DNA of 64,000 nt, taken from Planctomycetota bacterium (GTDB taxonomy: Bacteria > Planctomycetota > B15-G4). The notes beneath the pieces were generated by a model that saw nothing but the letters and a program-made list of their open reading frames with translations, ran no database searches and had not been told where the DNA came from. Every line of letters starts with the position of its first letter. Position 1 is the stretch's first letter. The translations under genes were made by a program, and so were the position numbers. Positions 19,001 to 28,437 of the stretch are shown here, one piece after another. The stretch spans positions 352,001-416,000 of the forward strand of contig CBDFJQ010000002.1 in NCBI GenBank assembly GCA_965248575.1, read 5' to 3'.

Positions 19001-20029
19001 GTCGAGTCTGAAGTTGACGCGGTTGCAGCAGACAGCCCGCAAGTGGCCGCCGCTGAAGCCATCGCGCTGGCCCAGAGCCAGGTCGAGGAGGATGTCGACT
19101 GGGAGGCCGTGGAAGCCGAGATCGAAGAGCTCCGTGGTCGCTTGTCGCGCATGGGCAACGTAAACCTGGAGGCCGTGGAGGAGTTGGCTCAGGTGGAGGA
19201 GCGCCTGGCGTTCCTCGTGGGCCAGCGGGACGACTTGCTGCAGGCGCAGGTCTCCTTGGCAGACACGATCCAGAAGGTGAACAAGGAGTCGCGGGAGCGT
19301 TTCCAGAGCACCTTTGATGATGTGCGTGAGAACTTCCGGAGCATCTTCCGCAAGTTGTTCCGCGGTGGTCGCGCCGACATCTCCTTGGCCGAGGGTGTGG
19401 ACATCCTCGAGGCCGATATCGAGATCAACGCAGCACCTCCCGGCAAGGACTCCCGCACCATTACCCTGCTGTCCGGTGGTGAGCGCACCCTGACAGCGGT
19501 GGGCTTGCTGTTCGCCCTGTTCAAGACGCGGCCCGCACCCGTGTGCTTGCTCGACGAAGTGGATGCGGCGCTCGATGAGACGAACATCGACCGCTTCTGC
19601 ACCGTCTTGGAAGACTTCCTCGGGAAGAGTCAGTTCATCGTGGTGACGCACGCTCGTCGCACCATGAGCTATGCCGACACCGTGTTCGGCGTGACGATGC
19701 AGGAGCACGGCGTGTCGAAGGTGCTGGCTCTCACCTTGGAAGAGTTTGACGCCCAGAAGAAGAGCGGCGCGGCTACAGGCGTTGTCGGCACCGGCTCGGG
19801 CCCGGATCCCCTGGCGATTCCAGAGCAGATCCTTGAGGCCGAGGGCAACGATCTGGAGCCTCTCGAGCGGGGAGCGCAGAGCGAAAATGCGTCTCTCGGG
19901 GAGCGGACGTCTTCGCCTGCAGCCGGGATCACGAGCGATCGCGAAGAGCTGCGCGAGGCGGAGAAGCCTGCCCGGGACCGCCTCGGCGTCGAGCCATCCG
20001 TGACCGAGATCGACGCCAGCGCGAGCTGA
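16061..20029 (+). CDS. smc: Chromosome segregation protein SMC
   Basis: GFKSFA, GPNGCGKSN, QGRID, coiled coils with hinge, LSGGE, LLDEVDAALD, QFIVVTH. Confidence 0.97.
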   Translation: MRLTRIEIHGFKSFADRTNLDLPAGLTAIVGPNGCGKSNVIDAVKWALGEQKASALRGAEMLDVVFKGNGARGARNFAEVSLLFDNSDGVMRTEFAEVVITRRLFRSGESEYLINKRSVRLKDVRDLLMDTGLGTGAYSVMEQGRIDAVLSANAPERRRIFEEAAGISRYRARRREAESKLARTQQNLERLADIVEELERRERSLKQQAGRARAYLAARDRIQLLKSRFYVYQYKTLGEQLTLQDTAVNESAESEAEARKDVDAARAEVALLQSRLSELRGHVDQAAEAFRKASGEVEALSERQTSIRERAAEAEERQALLEARFAGLERALAERKLEADEASARFDAVAMEVAGCQAEVDVTHASFLATESALGEARTAEEQRRREARARVESLSRLRNERSQKESQRAALVASRERLDTQLQELAEKKAVLSSAQGELFSGARDLEQTLAVAQQRVDQLRERREGLATELADRDGTLARRREDLAGKDSHRKALDDLIDRREGVAPGAISLLDADLPGVEGMLVDQLRAPAELAEAVEAALGASTQAVMVQGRESGLAALAHLNRLQGGRVLLVPRDGLRAREGAAVGRRLVDCIQVPLEENRGVFEALLGHVRLLESRDELLRCTPDGTTVWVTAEGDLLDERGVLKGGKAGEEGGLIARQAERDSLSEECAIMRVDIEALGVQRTAVAHELGGVEETLVSSQAHARKVHAEQERALEREKQSAARQHAVHRELAFRTGDRRGVQLKFDEAESQLSALVTREQEQETQASSDKEQETLAEERLRARQTDVQAQQEALSGARLELSKRQERREALEAEQRHILRAVEERTKDLSDVRAESEQLSGRREHLITEQAALEERSIALSHARDERAGELQKAREASTEIGNEQSASQERVTEAEGVLEGRASVLSTRRLEAQETRIRRDELRRQVLEELEVDLEVQPLLSAGTPADADAETEETEREGEGEQTALVVAADPAVESEVDAVAADSPQVAAAEAIALAQSQVEEDVDWEAVEAEIEELRGRLSRMGNVNLEAVEELAQVEERLAFLVGQRDDLLQAQVSLADTIQKVNKESRERFQSTFDDVRENFRSIFRKLFRGGRADISLAEGVDILEADIEINAAPPGKDSRTITLLSGGERTLTAVGLLFALFKTRPAPVCLLDEVDAALDETNIDRFCTVLEDFLGKSQFIVVTHARRTMSYADTVFGVTMQEHGVSKVLALTLEEFDAQKKSGAATGVVGTGSGPDPLAIPEQILEAEGNDLEPLERGAQSENASLGERTSSPAAGITSDREELREAEKPARDRLGVEPSVTEIDASAS

Positions 20030-20376
20030 GCACGCTCGGTTTTCGAACGAGCGAGGTGCACTGAGGTCTGCCCAAGGTCGAACTTGGGCCGAGGGCCTCG
20101 ACTTGGCCTCGGCGCTCGCTCAACTTCACCTAAAGGTGAGGAGGTTCTGAGGGCCAGCGCGTCGGAGCAGCCAGATAGTGGCGGGCCAGGAGGTAACTAT
20201 CTGGGGAAAAGGGGAAGAAGGGGAGAAGAGAGATAGATGCCTGATGAGGCATCCCCCTGGTCCCGCCGACAACTAGGATATCATCCGAAATCGGCAGAGC
20301 AACTGAACGGTCTTGTCACCCAGAGTAAAGTCTGGGCTGCAGGGCGAGGCGCACAGACAAGGGATCAAAGAGCGGC

Positions 20377-21354
20377 ATGGCGCGAGACCAGGCTGCCTGG
20401 CTCAACAGAGTCGAGGCTTCGTGTGTGGCGGGATTGGTTGGCGCGATGCGTGTCCTGCCCGCGTGGTCGTGTCATGCAGCCTTGGGCGGCTTGTCCCGAC
20501 TGGGCTATCTGCTCATGCGCTCACGCCGGGAACATGCCGTGCAGCTCGTCTGTGAACGCCTTGGTCTGAGTGAGCCCGAGGCTCGTCACGTCGTGAAAGG
20601 GGCTTTCCGAACCCTCGCCCTGAACGTCGGAGAGTCGATCCTGCTGAAGAGGGCCCTGAGCAAGGGGCGCTTGGAGGATCACTTGATCTTCGAGGGCGCA
20701 GAGCACTTGGAACAGGCCTTCGAACGAAAGGGAGGAGTCCTGATCGCCACCGCCCACCTGGGCGCTTGGGAGATCACAGGCGAACTCCTGGCGAGGCGCT
20801 TCCGCCCCGTGTGGGCTGTGGGCAGAACCATGGACAACCCTCACCTGGACAGGCTGGTGAAGGAGCTTCGAGATTCGGCACTGGCTGGGACCTTGGCCAA
20901 GGAGGGCAGCGGCCGGAGCATGGCGCGACTCTTCAAGAAGGGAGAGTCCGTGGTCCTGTTGCTGGACCAGAACGCTGGGCGGCAGGGGTTGATGATGGAT
21001 TTCCTGGGCAGCCCGGCCATGCAGCATCGGGTGGCTGGGGTCATGGCACGGCGCTTCGATGTGGCCGTGGTGCCCTTGTACATCCTGCGTGAGCCCGGGC
21101 GGCTGAAGTTCCGCATGGTGCTCGAACCCCCGATCCTGGCCCAGAGCGAGCTGCCGGAGGACGAGGCCATCCAGGACGTGGTTCAAAGGGTGTCGGACTC
21201 GCTGGAGGCTCGCATCCGCAAGAGCCCTGAGCAGTGGCTCTGGTTGCACGACCGCTGGCGCAAGGCCCGCTGGCTCCTGCGGCGGGAGCAGCGCCAAGCG
21301 GAACGCTCAAAGGCCATCACTCCCGTCGCCGCAGAGGGTACAAACGGAAGCTGA
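20377..21354 (+). CDS. Lipid A lauroyl/myristoyl acyltransferase family (LpxL/HtrB-like)
   Basis: TAHLGAWE, LLLDQN and PEQWLWLHDRW motifs. Confidence 0.88.
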   Translation: MARDQAAWLNRVEASCVAGLVGAMRVLPAWSCHAALGGLSRLGYLLMRSRREHAVQLVCERLGLSEPEARHVVKGAFRTLALNVGESILLKRALSKGRLEDHLIFEGAEHLEQAFERKGGVLIATAHLGAWEITGELLARRFRPVWAVGRTMDNPHLDRLVKELRDSALAGTLAKEGSGRSMARLFKKGESVVLLLDQNAGRQGLMMDFLGSPAMQHRVAGVMARRFDVAVVPLYILREPGRLKFRMVLEPPILAQSELPEDEAIQDVVQRVSDSLEARIRKSPEQWLWLHDRWRKARWLLRREQRQAERSKAITPVAAEGTNGS

Positions 21355-21402
21355 TCGCTCGCCCTTCCATGAGACCGGCATGTCGACGATGCCGGCCAAT
21401 CC

Positions 21403-22347
21403 ATGAAACCCAAGCCCCTCGATTTCTCCCGCATCACCACGAGCTCGGTGGTTGACCGGGCTCACAAGGTAGACACCGCGATGTTCGCCCGGCCGGTCGA
21501 ACCCCAGCCCGGCGTGCCGGATGTGTTCGACAGTTTCCCGGATGTCCTTGGAGCGAAGCACATTCGGCGTTTGGCCGAGAACATCGTGACGGCGCATCGG
21601 AACCAGCGCCCGGTGGTGCTGGGTTTCGGTGGGCATGTGGTCAAGACGGGCCTGTCCCCGCTCATCATCGACCTCATGGAGCGAGGAATCGTGACGGCCC
21701 TGGCGACCAATGGCTCCGGGGCCATTCATGATTACGAGATCTCCGCGGTCGGACACTCTTCCGAGGATGTCGGCGCCGGTCTCGACGACGGGTCCTGGGG
21801 CATGGTGGGAGAGACGGCCAAAGCGCTGAACGAGACGGCCTCGCGTGCGGCTGAAGAGGGTCTCGGGCTGGGAGAGGCCATGGGCCGCCTGATCCGCGAG
21901 CAGGACCTGCCCAACGCATCCCTCAGCCTGTTGGCGGCGGCGCATCGCCTGGACCTCCCGCTGACGGTTCATGTGGCACTCGGCACGGACACGGTGCACA
22001 TGCACGACAATGCTGACGGGGCGGCCATCGGACGGGCCTCCATGACGGACTTCCGTCAATTGGCCAGCGTCGTGGCGGGGCTCTCCGGCGGGGTTTACGT
22101 GAACCTGGGCTCAGCGGTGATCCTGCCCGAGGTCTTTGTGAAGGCCCTGAACGTCGCAAGGAACCTGGGTGAGAAGGTCGATGGATTCACGACGGCCAAC
22201 TTGGACATGCTGCGCCACTATCGCCCGCGGGTGAACGTGCTGCAGCGACCAGCTGGCGAAGCCATCGAAATCACAGGTCATCACGAGATCAACCTGCCCT
22301 TGCTGCGCTGGGCGGTGTTGCGTGGATTGCAGGAGTCCCGTTCATGA
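21403..22347 (+). CDS. Deoxyhypusine-synthase-like fold protein of unknown function
   Basis: GGHVVKTGLS, ATNGSGAIHDYE, TVHVALGTD..H, NLGSAVILPEVFVK, GHHEI. Confidence 0.65.
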   Translation: MKPKPLDFSRITTSSVVDRAHKVDTAMFARPVEPQPGVPDVFDSFPDVLGAKHIRRLAENIVTAHRNQRPVVLGFGGHVVKTGLSPLIIDLMERGIVTALATNGSGAIHDYEISAVGHSSEDVGAGLDDGSWGMVGETAKALNETASRAAEEGLGLGEAMGRLIREQDLPNASLSLLAAAHRLDLPLTVHVALGTDTVHMHDNADGAAIGRASMTDFRQLASVVAGLSGGVYVNLGSAVILPEVFVKALNVARNLGEKVDGFTTANLDMLRHYRPRVNVLQRPAGEAIEITGHHEINLPLLRWAVLRGLQESRS

Positions 22348-23804
22348 GTCGCGCCCTGACATCCTTGCTCCGGACGGAGCGGGCACCTCGCATTCTCATC
22401 GTCGGGGACATGATCGTGGACCGTTACCAGTACGGGACCACGAGCCGGATCTCGCCTGAGGCGCCGATCGTGGTGCTGGCTGCAGAGCGGGACGAGCACA
22501 AGCTTGGCGGTAGCGGCAACGTGGCTGCGAACCTGGCTGCCCTGGGCGCAGAGACCCGGGTCGTGAGCGTGGTCGGCAACGACTACGGCGGTGGCATCAT
22601 CAAGCGCTTGCTCGCTGAAGCGGGTTGTTCTGACTCCGGTCTGGTGGTGGATGAGAATCGGCCGACCACGCGCAAAACGCGACTCGTCTCGCAGAACCAG
22701 CAGCTGCTCCGGATCGATGAGGAGGTCGTCGGGGCTCCGAGCGCTGACATCGAGCAGCTCCTGCTGGACCGCATCGAGGCGGAGTCCAAAGATATCGACA
22801 TCGTCGTGGTCTCCGACTACGGCAAAGGGGTCCTGACCGAGAAGGTGCTGGACCGACTGTGTCGGGCACCCAATCGGCCGCGTGTGCTCGTGGACCCCAA
22901 GGGCAACGACTACACCCGTTACCGAGGTGCCAGCCTGCTGACTCCCAACAAGGTGGAAGCGGAAACGGCCACGGGCATGAAGCTCAACAGCACCGAAGAG
23001 ATTCGCGAAGCGGCTAAACGCCTGGCTGAACAGTCGGACCTCGAGTCGGTCATCATCACCCTGGGTGCGCAGGGCATGTACTGCCGCATGGCCGCCACGG
23101 GCAGCGACTGGTCCATCCCGGCCCGCGCGCGCTCCGTGTACGACGTGACAGGTGCGGGGGACACGGTCATCTCCGTGCTGGCCTTCAGCCTCGCCGTGGG
23201 TGCGGATCTGGAACAAGCCATGCGCATGGCTACGGTCGCTGCGGGTCTGACGGTGCAGCGCTTCGGCGTGGCTGCCATCACGAGGCAAGACCTGGAAGAT
23301 GCCTTGCTGGAGTCGTCCCGCCAGTCCGACAAGGTGGTCGGGCGTGAGGAATTGCTGGAGCGGCTGGCTCATGAGCGTGGCCAGGGACGCCGCATCGTGT
23401 TCACCAACGGCTGCTTCGACGTGCTGCACGTGGGCCACCTCGGGTATTTGCAGGAGGCGGCCAGTTACGGGGACGTGCTCGTGCTGGGCGTCAACTCCGA
23501 TGCCAGTGTGCGCCGCCTGAAAGGCGAGTCGCGCCCCGTGAACAAGCATGCGGACCGCATGGCCCTGCTCGCAGGGCTTGAGTGCATCTCATTGATCACC
23601 GGCTTCGAGCAGGACACTCCCCTCGAGCTGATCGAAACGGTCAGCCCTGATGTCCTGGTGAAGGGCGAAGACTGGGCGGACAAGGGTGTCGTCGGGCGTG
23701 AGTGGGTGGAGAGTCACGGCGGGCATGTGGTGCTCGCGAACCTCCACGAGGGCTACTCCAGCACGCGGACCCTGCAAAAGATGGGACGGGAGGATCCGAC
23801 CTGA
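22344..23804 (+). CDS. hldE: Bifunctional heptose-7-phosphate kinase / heptose-1-phosphate adenylyltransferase
   Basis: RISPEAP, SDYGKG, DVTGAGDT, FTNGCFDVLHVGH, GVNSDASV..LKG..RP. Confidence 0.96.
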   Translation: MSRALTSLLRTERAPRILIVGDMIVDRYQYGTTSRISPEAPIVVLAAERDEHKLGGSGNVAANLAALGAETRVVSVVGNDYGGGIIKRLLAEAGCSDSGLVVDENRPTTRKTRLVSQNQQLLRIDEEVVGAPSADIEQLLLDRIEAESKDIDIVVVSDYGKGVLTEKVLDRLCRAPNRPRVLVDPKGNDYTRYRGASLLTPNKVEAETATGMKLNSTEEIREAAKRLAEQSDLESVIITLGAQGMYCRMAATGSDWSIPARARSVYDVTGAGDTVISVLAFSLAVGADLEQAMRMATVAAGLTVQRFGVAAITRQDLEDALLESSRQSDKVVGREELLERLAHERGQGRRIVFTNGCFDVLHVGHLGYLQEAASYGDVLVLGVNSDASVRRLKGESRPVNKHADRMALLAGLECISLITGFEQDTPLELIETVSPDVLVKGEDWADKGVVGREWVESHGGHVVLANLHEGYSSTRTLQKMGREDPT

Positions 23805-24889
23805 GTCGGCGCAGCCCGCTCCTGGAGCGTTTTGCGGACGAGCCTCCCCGTCGCGTGTTGGTGCGCCTGCCCAACTGGATCGGGGATATCGTCATGGCCA
23901 CGCCGGCACTGGCGGCGCTGCGTGCCCACTGGCCACAGGCTTCGCTGGCCGTCGCCGGCCCTGGCCACGCCAAACCCCTGCTTGCCGGGTCTGGTCTGCA
24001 TGACTCGCTGATCGAACTCCCAAGGCGGAAGGTCGTCGGCCTGGCCGGCTTGGCGGCGTCAGTCCGGATGCTCCGGAAGGGGCAGCACGATCTCGCGATC
24101 CTGCTCACCAACAGCTTTTCGACAGCACTCGTGGCGGCGCGAGCTGGTATCCCGGATCGAGTTGGCTACGGCGGTGGGGGGCGCGGCTGGTTGCTGACGC
24201 ACTCGCTGCCCCGTGGCCGTGAGGCGGGCTACCACAGCCTTCCGGTGCCCATGGTCGAAGACTACTTCAGGGTGCTGGAGGCCGTGGGCGTGCCGCGCGG
24301 ATCGCATCGCACCGTCCTGGGGGTCACCGACGAAGACGATCGGGAGGCCCAGGAGTGGTTGGCCCAGGTCGGTCTCGAGGGTGAGGCGCCGCTCTTCGGC
24401 ATCCATCCTGGTTCATCCTTCGGTCCGAGCAAGCTCTGGTATCCCGAGAAGTTTGCGGCGGTGGCGGACGCCTTGGTCGAGCGGCGTGGCGGCAAGGTGG
24501 TGGTGTTCTGTGGCCCCGCGGAACGAGGGCTCGCACGGACCATCGCCGGTTCTGTCGCAGGGGCGGCCACGGGCCATGTGGTCACGGCTGCAGATGTGCC
24601 CCTGGCCTTGGGGCCGCTCAAGGCTGTGGTCCGGCGCTTGGAGTTGCTCGTGACCACGGACACGGGCCCGCGTCATTTCGGCCCGGCATTCGATGTTCCG
24701 ACCGTGGTGGTGATGGGCTCAACGGACCCACGCTTCACGAACACGAACCTCGCTCGATCCCTGGTGGTGCGCTCCGGTGTGGACTGCAGCCCATGCCAGC
24801 GCAAGGTCTGTCCCATCGATCACCGCTGCATGACGCGCTTGGAGCCGTTGCACGTGATGGCCGCTGTCGAGCGCCTCCTTTCCGGCTGA
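23801..24889 (+). CDS. waaF: LPS heptosyltransferase II (GT9)
   Basis: LVRLPNWIGDIVMATP, PG..FGPSK.W and DTGPRH. Start codon uncertain (about 23801-23860). Confidence 0.88.
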   Translation: MSRRSPLLERFADEPPRRVLVRLPNWIGDIVMATPALAALRAHWPQASLAVAGPGHAKPLLAGSGLHDSLIELPRRKVVGLAGLAASVRMLRKGQHDLAILLTNSFSTALVAARAGIPDRVGYGGGGRGWLLTHSLPRGREAGYHSLPVPMVEDYFRVLEAVGVPRGSHRTVLGVTDEDDREAQEWLAQVGLEGEAPLFGIHPGSSFGPSKLWYPEKFAAVADALVERRGGKVVVFCGPAERGLARTIAGSVAGAATGHVVTAADVPLALGPLKAVVRRLELLVTTDTGPRHFGPAFDVPTVVVMGSTDPRFTNTNLARSLVVRSGVDCSPCQRKVCPIDHRCMTRLEPLHVMAAVERLLSG

Positions 24890-24989
24890 AGGTCAGCAGA
24901 GAGCCCGTTGGGATCCAGCCGGGTGCCACGGATGACGGTGAGGGAATCACCCGTCTCCGCTCGCAGCCGGTGGCACCCAGACCACATGC

Positions 24990-26192
24990 ATGGCATCTTC
25001 GTCCGCCATGACCGATGCCCAAACTTCTCAGCGGCCCGTGGTGGATCTCACGATGCACCCCAGCCCACACCCCTTCGTCCGTCGTGGCCTTGTGCGCAGT
25101 CGCCTGGCCGGGCTTCCACCCACCGACCTGGTGACCGTGCGCGCACCGGGCGGTGAGATCCTCGGTGACGCGTTCTGGAATTCCCAGTCGGACATTTCCC
25201 TGCGCAGGCTGACCACGGGAGATGTGCGCTTCGACCGGGAGTTCCTTGCGGCGGCTGTGGACCGTGCCGTCAACCTGCGGGAGGGGATCCCCGGGCTGAC
25301 CGAGAACTCGGAGGCGTGGCGTGTCGTGCACTCCGAAGGTGATGAGCTCACGGGCCTGGTCGTGGATCGCTATCGGGACGTGCTCGTACTCGAGTTGTTC
25401 AGCGCGGGTTGGCTGTCCTGGTTGGATGAGCTGCTCCCCATTCTCCATGAACGCTTGGGGACGGAGCACCACCACGTGTCCATGGGAGAACGCATCGCGC
25501 GTCTGGAAGGCGTGAAGCGCGTTTCTACGCGCTCGCGTGGCTGTCCCAAGAGCCTGCGCGTCCGGGAGCACGGCGTGCGCTGGCAGATCGATCTGGTGAA
25601 GGGGCACAAGACGGGTTTCTTCTGTGACCAGAGAGAGCATCGCAAGGAGGTCGCGGCGTACGCGGAAGGCGGCGATCTGCTGGATGTGTGCTGCTACACC
25701 GGCGGCTTTGCGGTGACGTCCGCAGTGCTTGCAAAGCCCGCCAGCGTGACAGCTGTCGACCTGGATGAAACGGCGCTTGAAACCGCGAAGACCAACGCGA
25801 ATCTCAACCAGGCACGCGTTGGTTTCGTACACGCCGACGCCTTCGACTGGATGCGGCAGATCGGCCAGGGAGATCGCCGCTTCGACGTAGTCGTCGTGGA
25901 CCCGCCCAAGTTCATTCCAACCCGGAAGGACGTCGAGAAGGGTCACGGCAAGTACCACGACATCAACCGCCTGGCGGTCAAGCTCGTGAAGCCCGGTGGT
26001 TTGCTGGTGACCTGTTCCTGTTCGGGGCTGCTCAGCCGCGAGACCTTCACGGACCTGGTGCGCACGGCGATCCGCAAGGAGAGGCGGCAGGCGCGGGTGA
26101 TTCGTTTCAGCGGAGCGGCACCCGATCACCCCGTGTTGCTGGAGTGCCCCGAAACCGACTACCTGAAGACACTCTGGATGCGCGTGTGGTGA
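24990..26192 (+). CDS. rlmI: RlmI-like class I SAM-dependent rRNA methyltransferase
   Basis: HSEGD.L.GLVVDRY, GHKTGFFCDQR, CYTGGF, VVDPPKF, APDHP, YLK. Confidence 0.88.
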   Translation: MASSSAMTDAQTSQRPVVDLTMHPSPHPFVRRGLVRSRLAGLPPTDLVTVRAPGGEILGDAFWNSQSDISLRRLTTGDVRFDREFLAAAVDRAVNLREGIPGLTENSEAWRVVHSEGDELTGLVVDRYRDVLVLELFSAGWLSWLDELLPILHERLGTEHHHVSMGERIARLEGVKRVSTRSRGCPKSLRVREHGVRWQIDLVKGHKTGFFCDQREHRKEVAAYAEGGDLLDVCCYTGGFAVTSAVLAKPASVTAVDLDETALETAKTNANLNQARVGFVHADAFDWMRQIGQGDRRFDVVVVDPPKFIPTRKDVEKGHGKYHDINRLAVKLVKPGGLLVTCSCSGLLSRETFTDLVRTAIRKERRQARVIRFSGAAPDHPVLLECPETDYLKTLWMRVW

Positions 26193-27139
26193 ACCCGTCC
26201 GAGGTCGAATCAGGGCCCGTGCTCGTGGTCCATGGCGGCGCGGGCCGCCTGTCGTCGGAGCAGGATCGCGCGGCCTATCAGGAGGGTGTGATGGGAGCCC
26301 TGACCGCAGGGGCCAAGCACCTGGGGCAGAGCGCAGCCGACGCGGCCTGTGCCGCCGTGGCCTGGTTGGAGAGCGAGTCCATCACGAATGCCGGGCGAGG
26401 CGCCGCCTTGGCTGCGGACGGCAGCGCGATCCTCGACGCTGGTTTCATGGACGGCAGTTCACGGCGTTATGGCGGTGTCACGGGGGTTCGTCGTTGCATG
26501 CATCCCGTTGATCTGGCTCGCCGGCTTGCCGAGGAAGGGGACTACGGTCGCTTGGTCGCAGCCCCAGACAGTGATGGGTTGACCGAAGAACTCTCGGTGC
26601 CTGGATGTGCGCCAGAGGATCTCGTGACCGAGCGGGCTCGTGGGCTCTACGAGCAACGCTCCGAGCAGGAACGGCCGTCCGATGCCGGGCCCTGGTTGGA
26701 CACGGTCGGCGCCGTGGCCTTGGATGCCAACGGGGGGCTGGCGGCGGCGGTCTCTACCGGAGGCATGAGCCATAAGCGCCCCGGCCGCATCGGTGACTCG
26801 CCGGTGGTGGGGGGCGGCTACTGGGCGGACGATCGACAGGCGGCCTGTGTCACCACGGGTGTTGGCGAAGTGCTGATGCGGGAGGGGACGGCGCGCCGCT
26901 GCGTCCAGCTGTACGCTGACTCAACGGGCCAGGGCGATCCACAGGCTGCAGCCGTCGCTGCGGCAGCCACTGCCTTGCACGAGCTGTCCGACTACGAGGG
27001 CGATCAGCGGGGCAACTCCGGTCTAATCCTGGTGACGGCCCAAGGTGTTGTCGTGCTCGACCACAACAGTCATGAGATGTCCGGCGGTTGGATCCGCCCG
27101 GGTGGCGTGCCCGAGGTGGGCGCGTTCTGGAGGGCCTGA
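26189..27139 (+). CDS. Isoaspartyl peptidase / plant-type L-asparaginase (Ntn hydrolase)
   Basis: VVHGGAG, NAGRG, DTVGAVA, STGG, GRIGDSP, TGVGE. GTGA overlap with the upstream gene. Confidence 0.9.
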   Translation: MNPSEVESGPVLVVHGGAGRLSSEQDRAAYQEGVMGALTAGAKHLGQSAADAACAAVAWLESESITNAGRGAALAADGSAILDAGFMDGSSRRYGGVTGVRRCMHPVDLARRLAEEGDYGRLVAAPDSDGLTEELSVPGCAPEDLVTERARGLYEQRSEQERPSDAGPWLDTVGAVALDANGGLAAAVSTGGMSHKRPGRIGDSPVVGGGYWADDRQAACVTTGVGEVLMREGTARRCVQLYADSTGQGDPQAAAVAAAATALHELSDYEGDQRGNSGLILVTAQGVVVLDHNSHEMSGGWIRPGGVPEVGAFWRA

Positions 27140-27143
27140 CAGC

Positions 27144-27992
27144 ATGTCGCAAACCGCAGGACCCAGCGCCAGCCGTGCGGATTTGAAGCAGCTTGCCGAC
27201 CTGCGCAAGCGTCGGGACCGACGGGCTTCGGGCCTGCTCCTGATCGAAGGGCCGACGCTCTTCGGCGAAGCCATGGATGCCGGCTTGAAGCCTCAGTTGG
27301 TGGCGGTCACCAGCGCGGCCCTCGAGGGCACGCCCCGGGTGCGGGAGTGGGTGCGGGCTGCGCGCGCAGCAGATGCCCGGGTTGTGGATCTTCCGGAGCA
27401 CCAGCTGAGCAAGGTGTCGGACACCCAGCACGGCACCGGGCTCGTCGCAGCGATCGAGTCACCGTCGCCCTGGGATGGGGCGTCGCTGCCGCAGACAGAC
27501 GCCCTTGTGCCGGTTTTGTGGGGGCTGCAGGACCCGGGGAATGTGGGCACCCTGATCCGGTCGGCTCGCGCCTTCGGGGCGAGCGCCTGCCTGCTGGCGA
27601 AGGGCAGCGCGGATCCGACGGGTCCCAAGGCCCTGCGGGCCTCTGCGGGAGCAGCGCTGCACCTTCCGCTGGGATCGATCGAGAATCTGGCTGAGCTTCA
27701 GGACCTGGCCGCCGCATCGCAGCTGGAGGTGGTCTTGGCCACGGCGCCCCCTCCCGGCGATCCCTCCCAATCGCTGCGTTCTCCTCCGCTGCCACCGAGC
27801 TGCCTGTTGGTGATGGGGCATGAGACCCGCGGAGTGCCTGAGCTGGCGAGCGCTCGTAAGGTGCACGTGGCCCAGACGACTGAGGTGGAGAGCCTGAACG
27901 TCGGCGTCGCGGGTTCGATCCTCATGGCAGGCTGGTTCGCCAGCCGGCCCGCCGGCTGGGGCGCCGGGCAGAAGAGTGACACCCATGACTGA
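27144..27992 (+). CDS. TrmH/SpoU-family RNA methyltransferase
   Basis: LQDPGNVGTLIRSA, RASAG, MGHETRG, ESLNVGVA. Confidence 0.92.
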   Translation: MSQTAGPSASRADLKQLADLRKRRDRRASGLLLIEGPTLFGEAMDAGLKPQLVAVTSAALEGTPRVREWVRAARAADARVVDLPEHQLSKVSDTQHGTGLVAAIESPSPWDGASLPQTDALVPVLWGLQDPGNVGTLIRSARAFGASACLLAKGSADPTGPKALRASAGAALHLPLGSIENLAELQDLAAASQLEVVLATAPPPGDPSQSLRSPPLPPSCLLVMGHETRGVPELASARKVHVAQTTEVESLNVGVAGSILMAGWFASRPAGWGAGQKSDTHD

Positions 27993-28437
27993 TCCCGATT
28001 CACCGCCTGGGCAGGGAGCAGGCCCTGCCCTCGAGCGCCGCGAAGTGGGTGCCGGCATCGTGCTGAAGGCCGGGCGCGTGCTCGTGCAAACCCGGGCAGA
28101 ACCCGGCCGCTACCAAGGCTACTGGGAGTTCCCGGGCGGCGGCCGAGAGGAAGGCGAGAGCATCGAAGAGTGCACCTGCCGCGAACTCATGGAAGAGCTG
28201 GGCTTCGAGGTGCGCGTTCTGCGTCGCTTCGATCGCATGGAGTGGGAGTACCCCGGCGTGCAGGTTCGCGTGGACTTCATGCTCTGCGCGGCCGCTGACG
28301 ACCTGGCCCAGCCCGTGGCCCTGGAGGGGCAGGAGTTTCGCTGGGCCTCAGTGGACGAGCTTGCAGAGCTGCAGTTCCTGCCCGCGAATCTGCAGGTGCT
28401 GGAGAAGCTCCGGCTGCACCTCAGCCGCCCGGCGTGA
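27985..28437 (+). CDS. MutT-like Nudix hydrolase
   Basis: WEFPGGGREEGESIEECTCRELMEELG Nudix box and FLPAN. Confidence 0.9.
   Translation: MTDPDSPPGQGAGPALERREVGAGIVLKAGRVLVQTRAEPGRYQGYWEFPGGGREEGESIEECTCRELMEELGFEVRVLRRFDRMEWEYPGVQVRVDFMLCAAADDLAQPVALEGQEFRWASVDELAELQFLPANLQVLEKLRLHLSRPA

Noticed and set aside
20203..20233. MraZ-type direct-repeat operator
   Set aside because: The GGGG runs are spaced 8-9 bp rather than a regular 10 bp, and no mraZ/dcw cluster follows.
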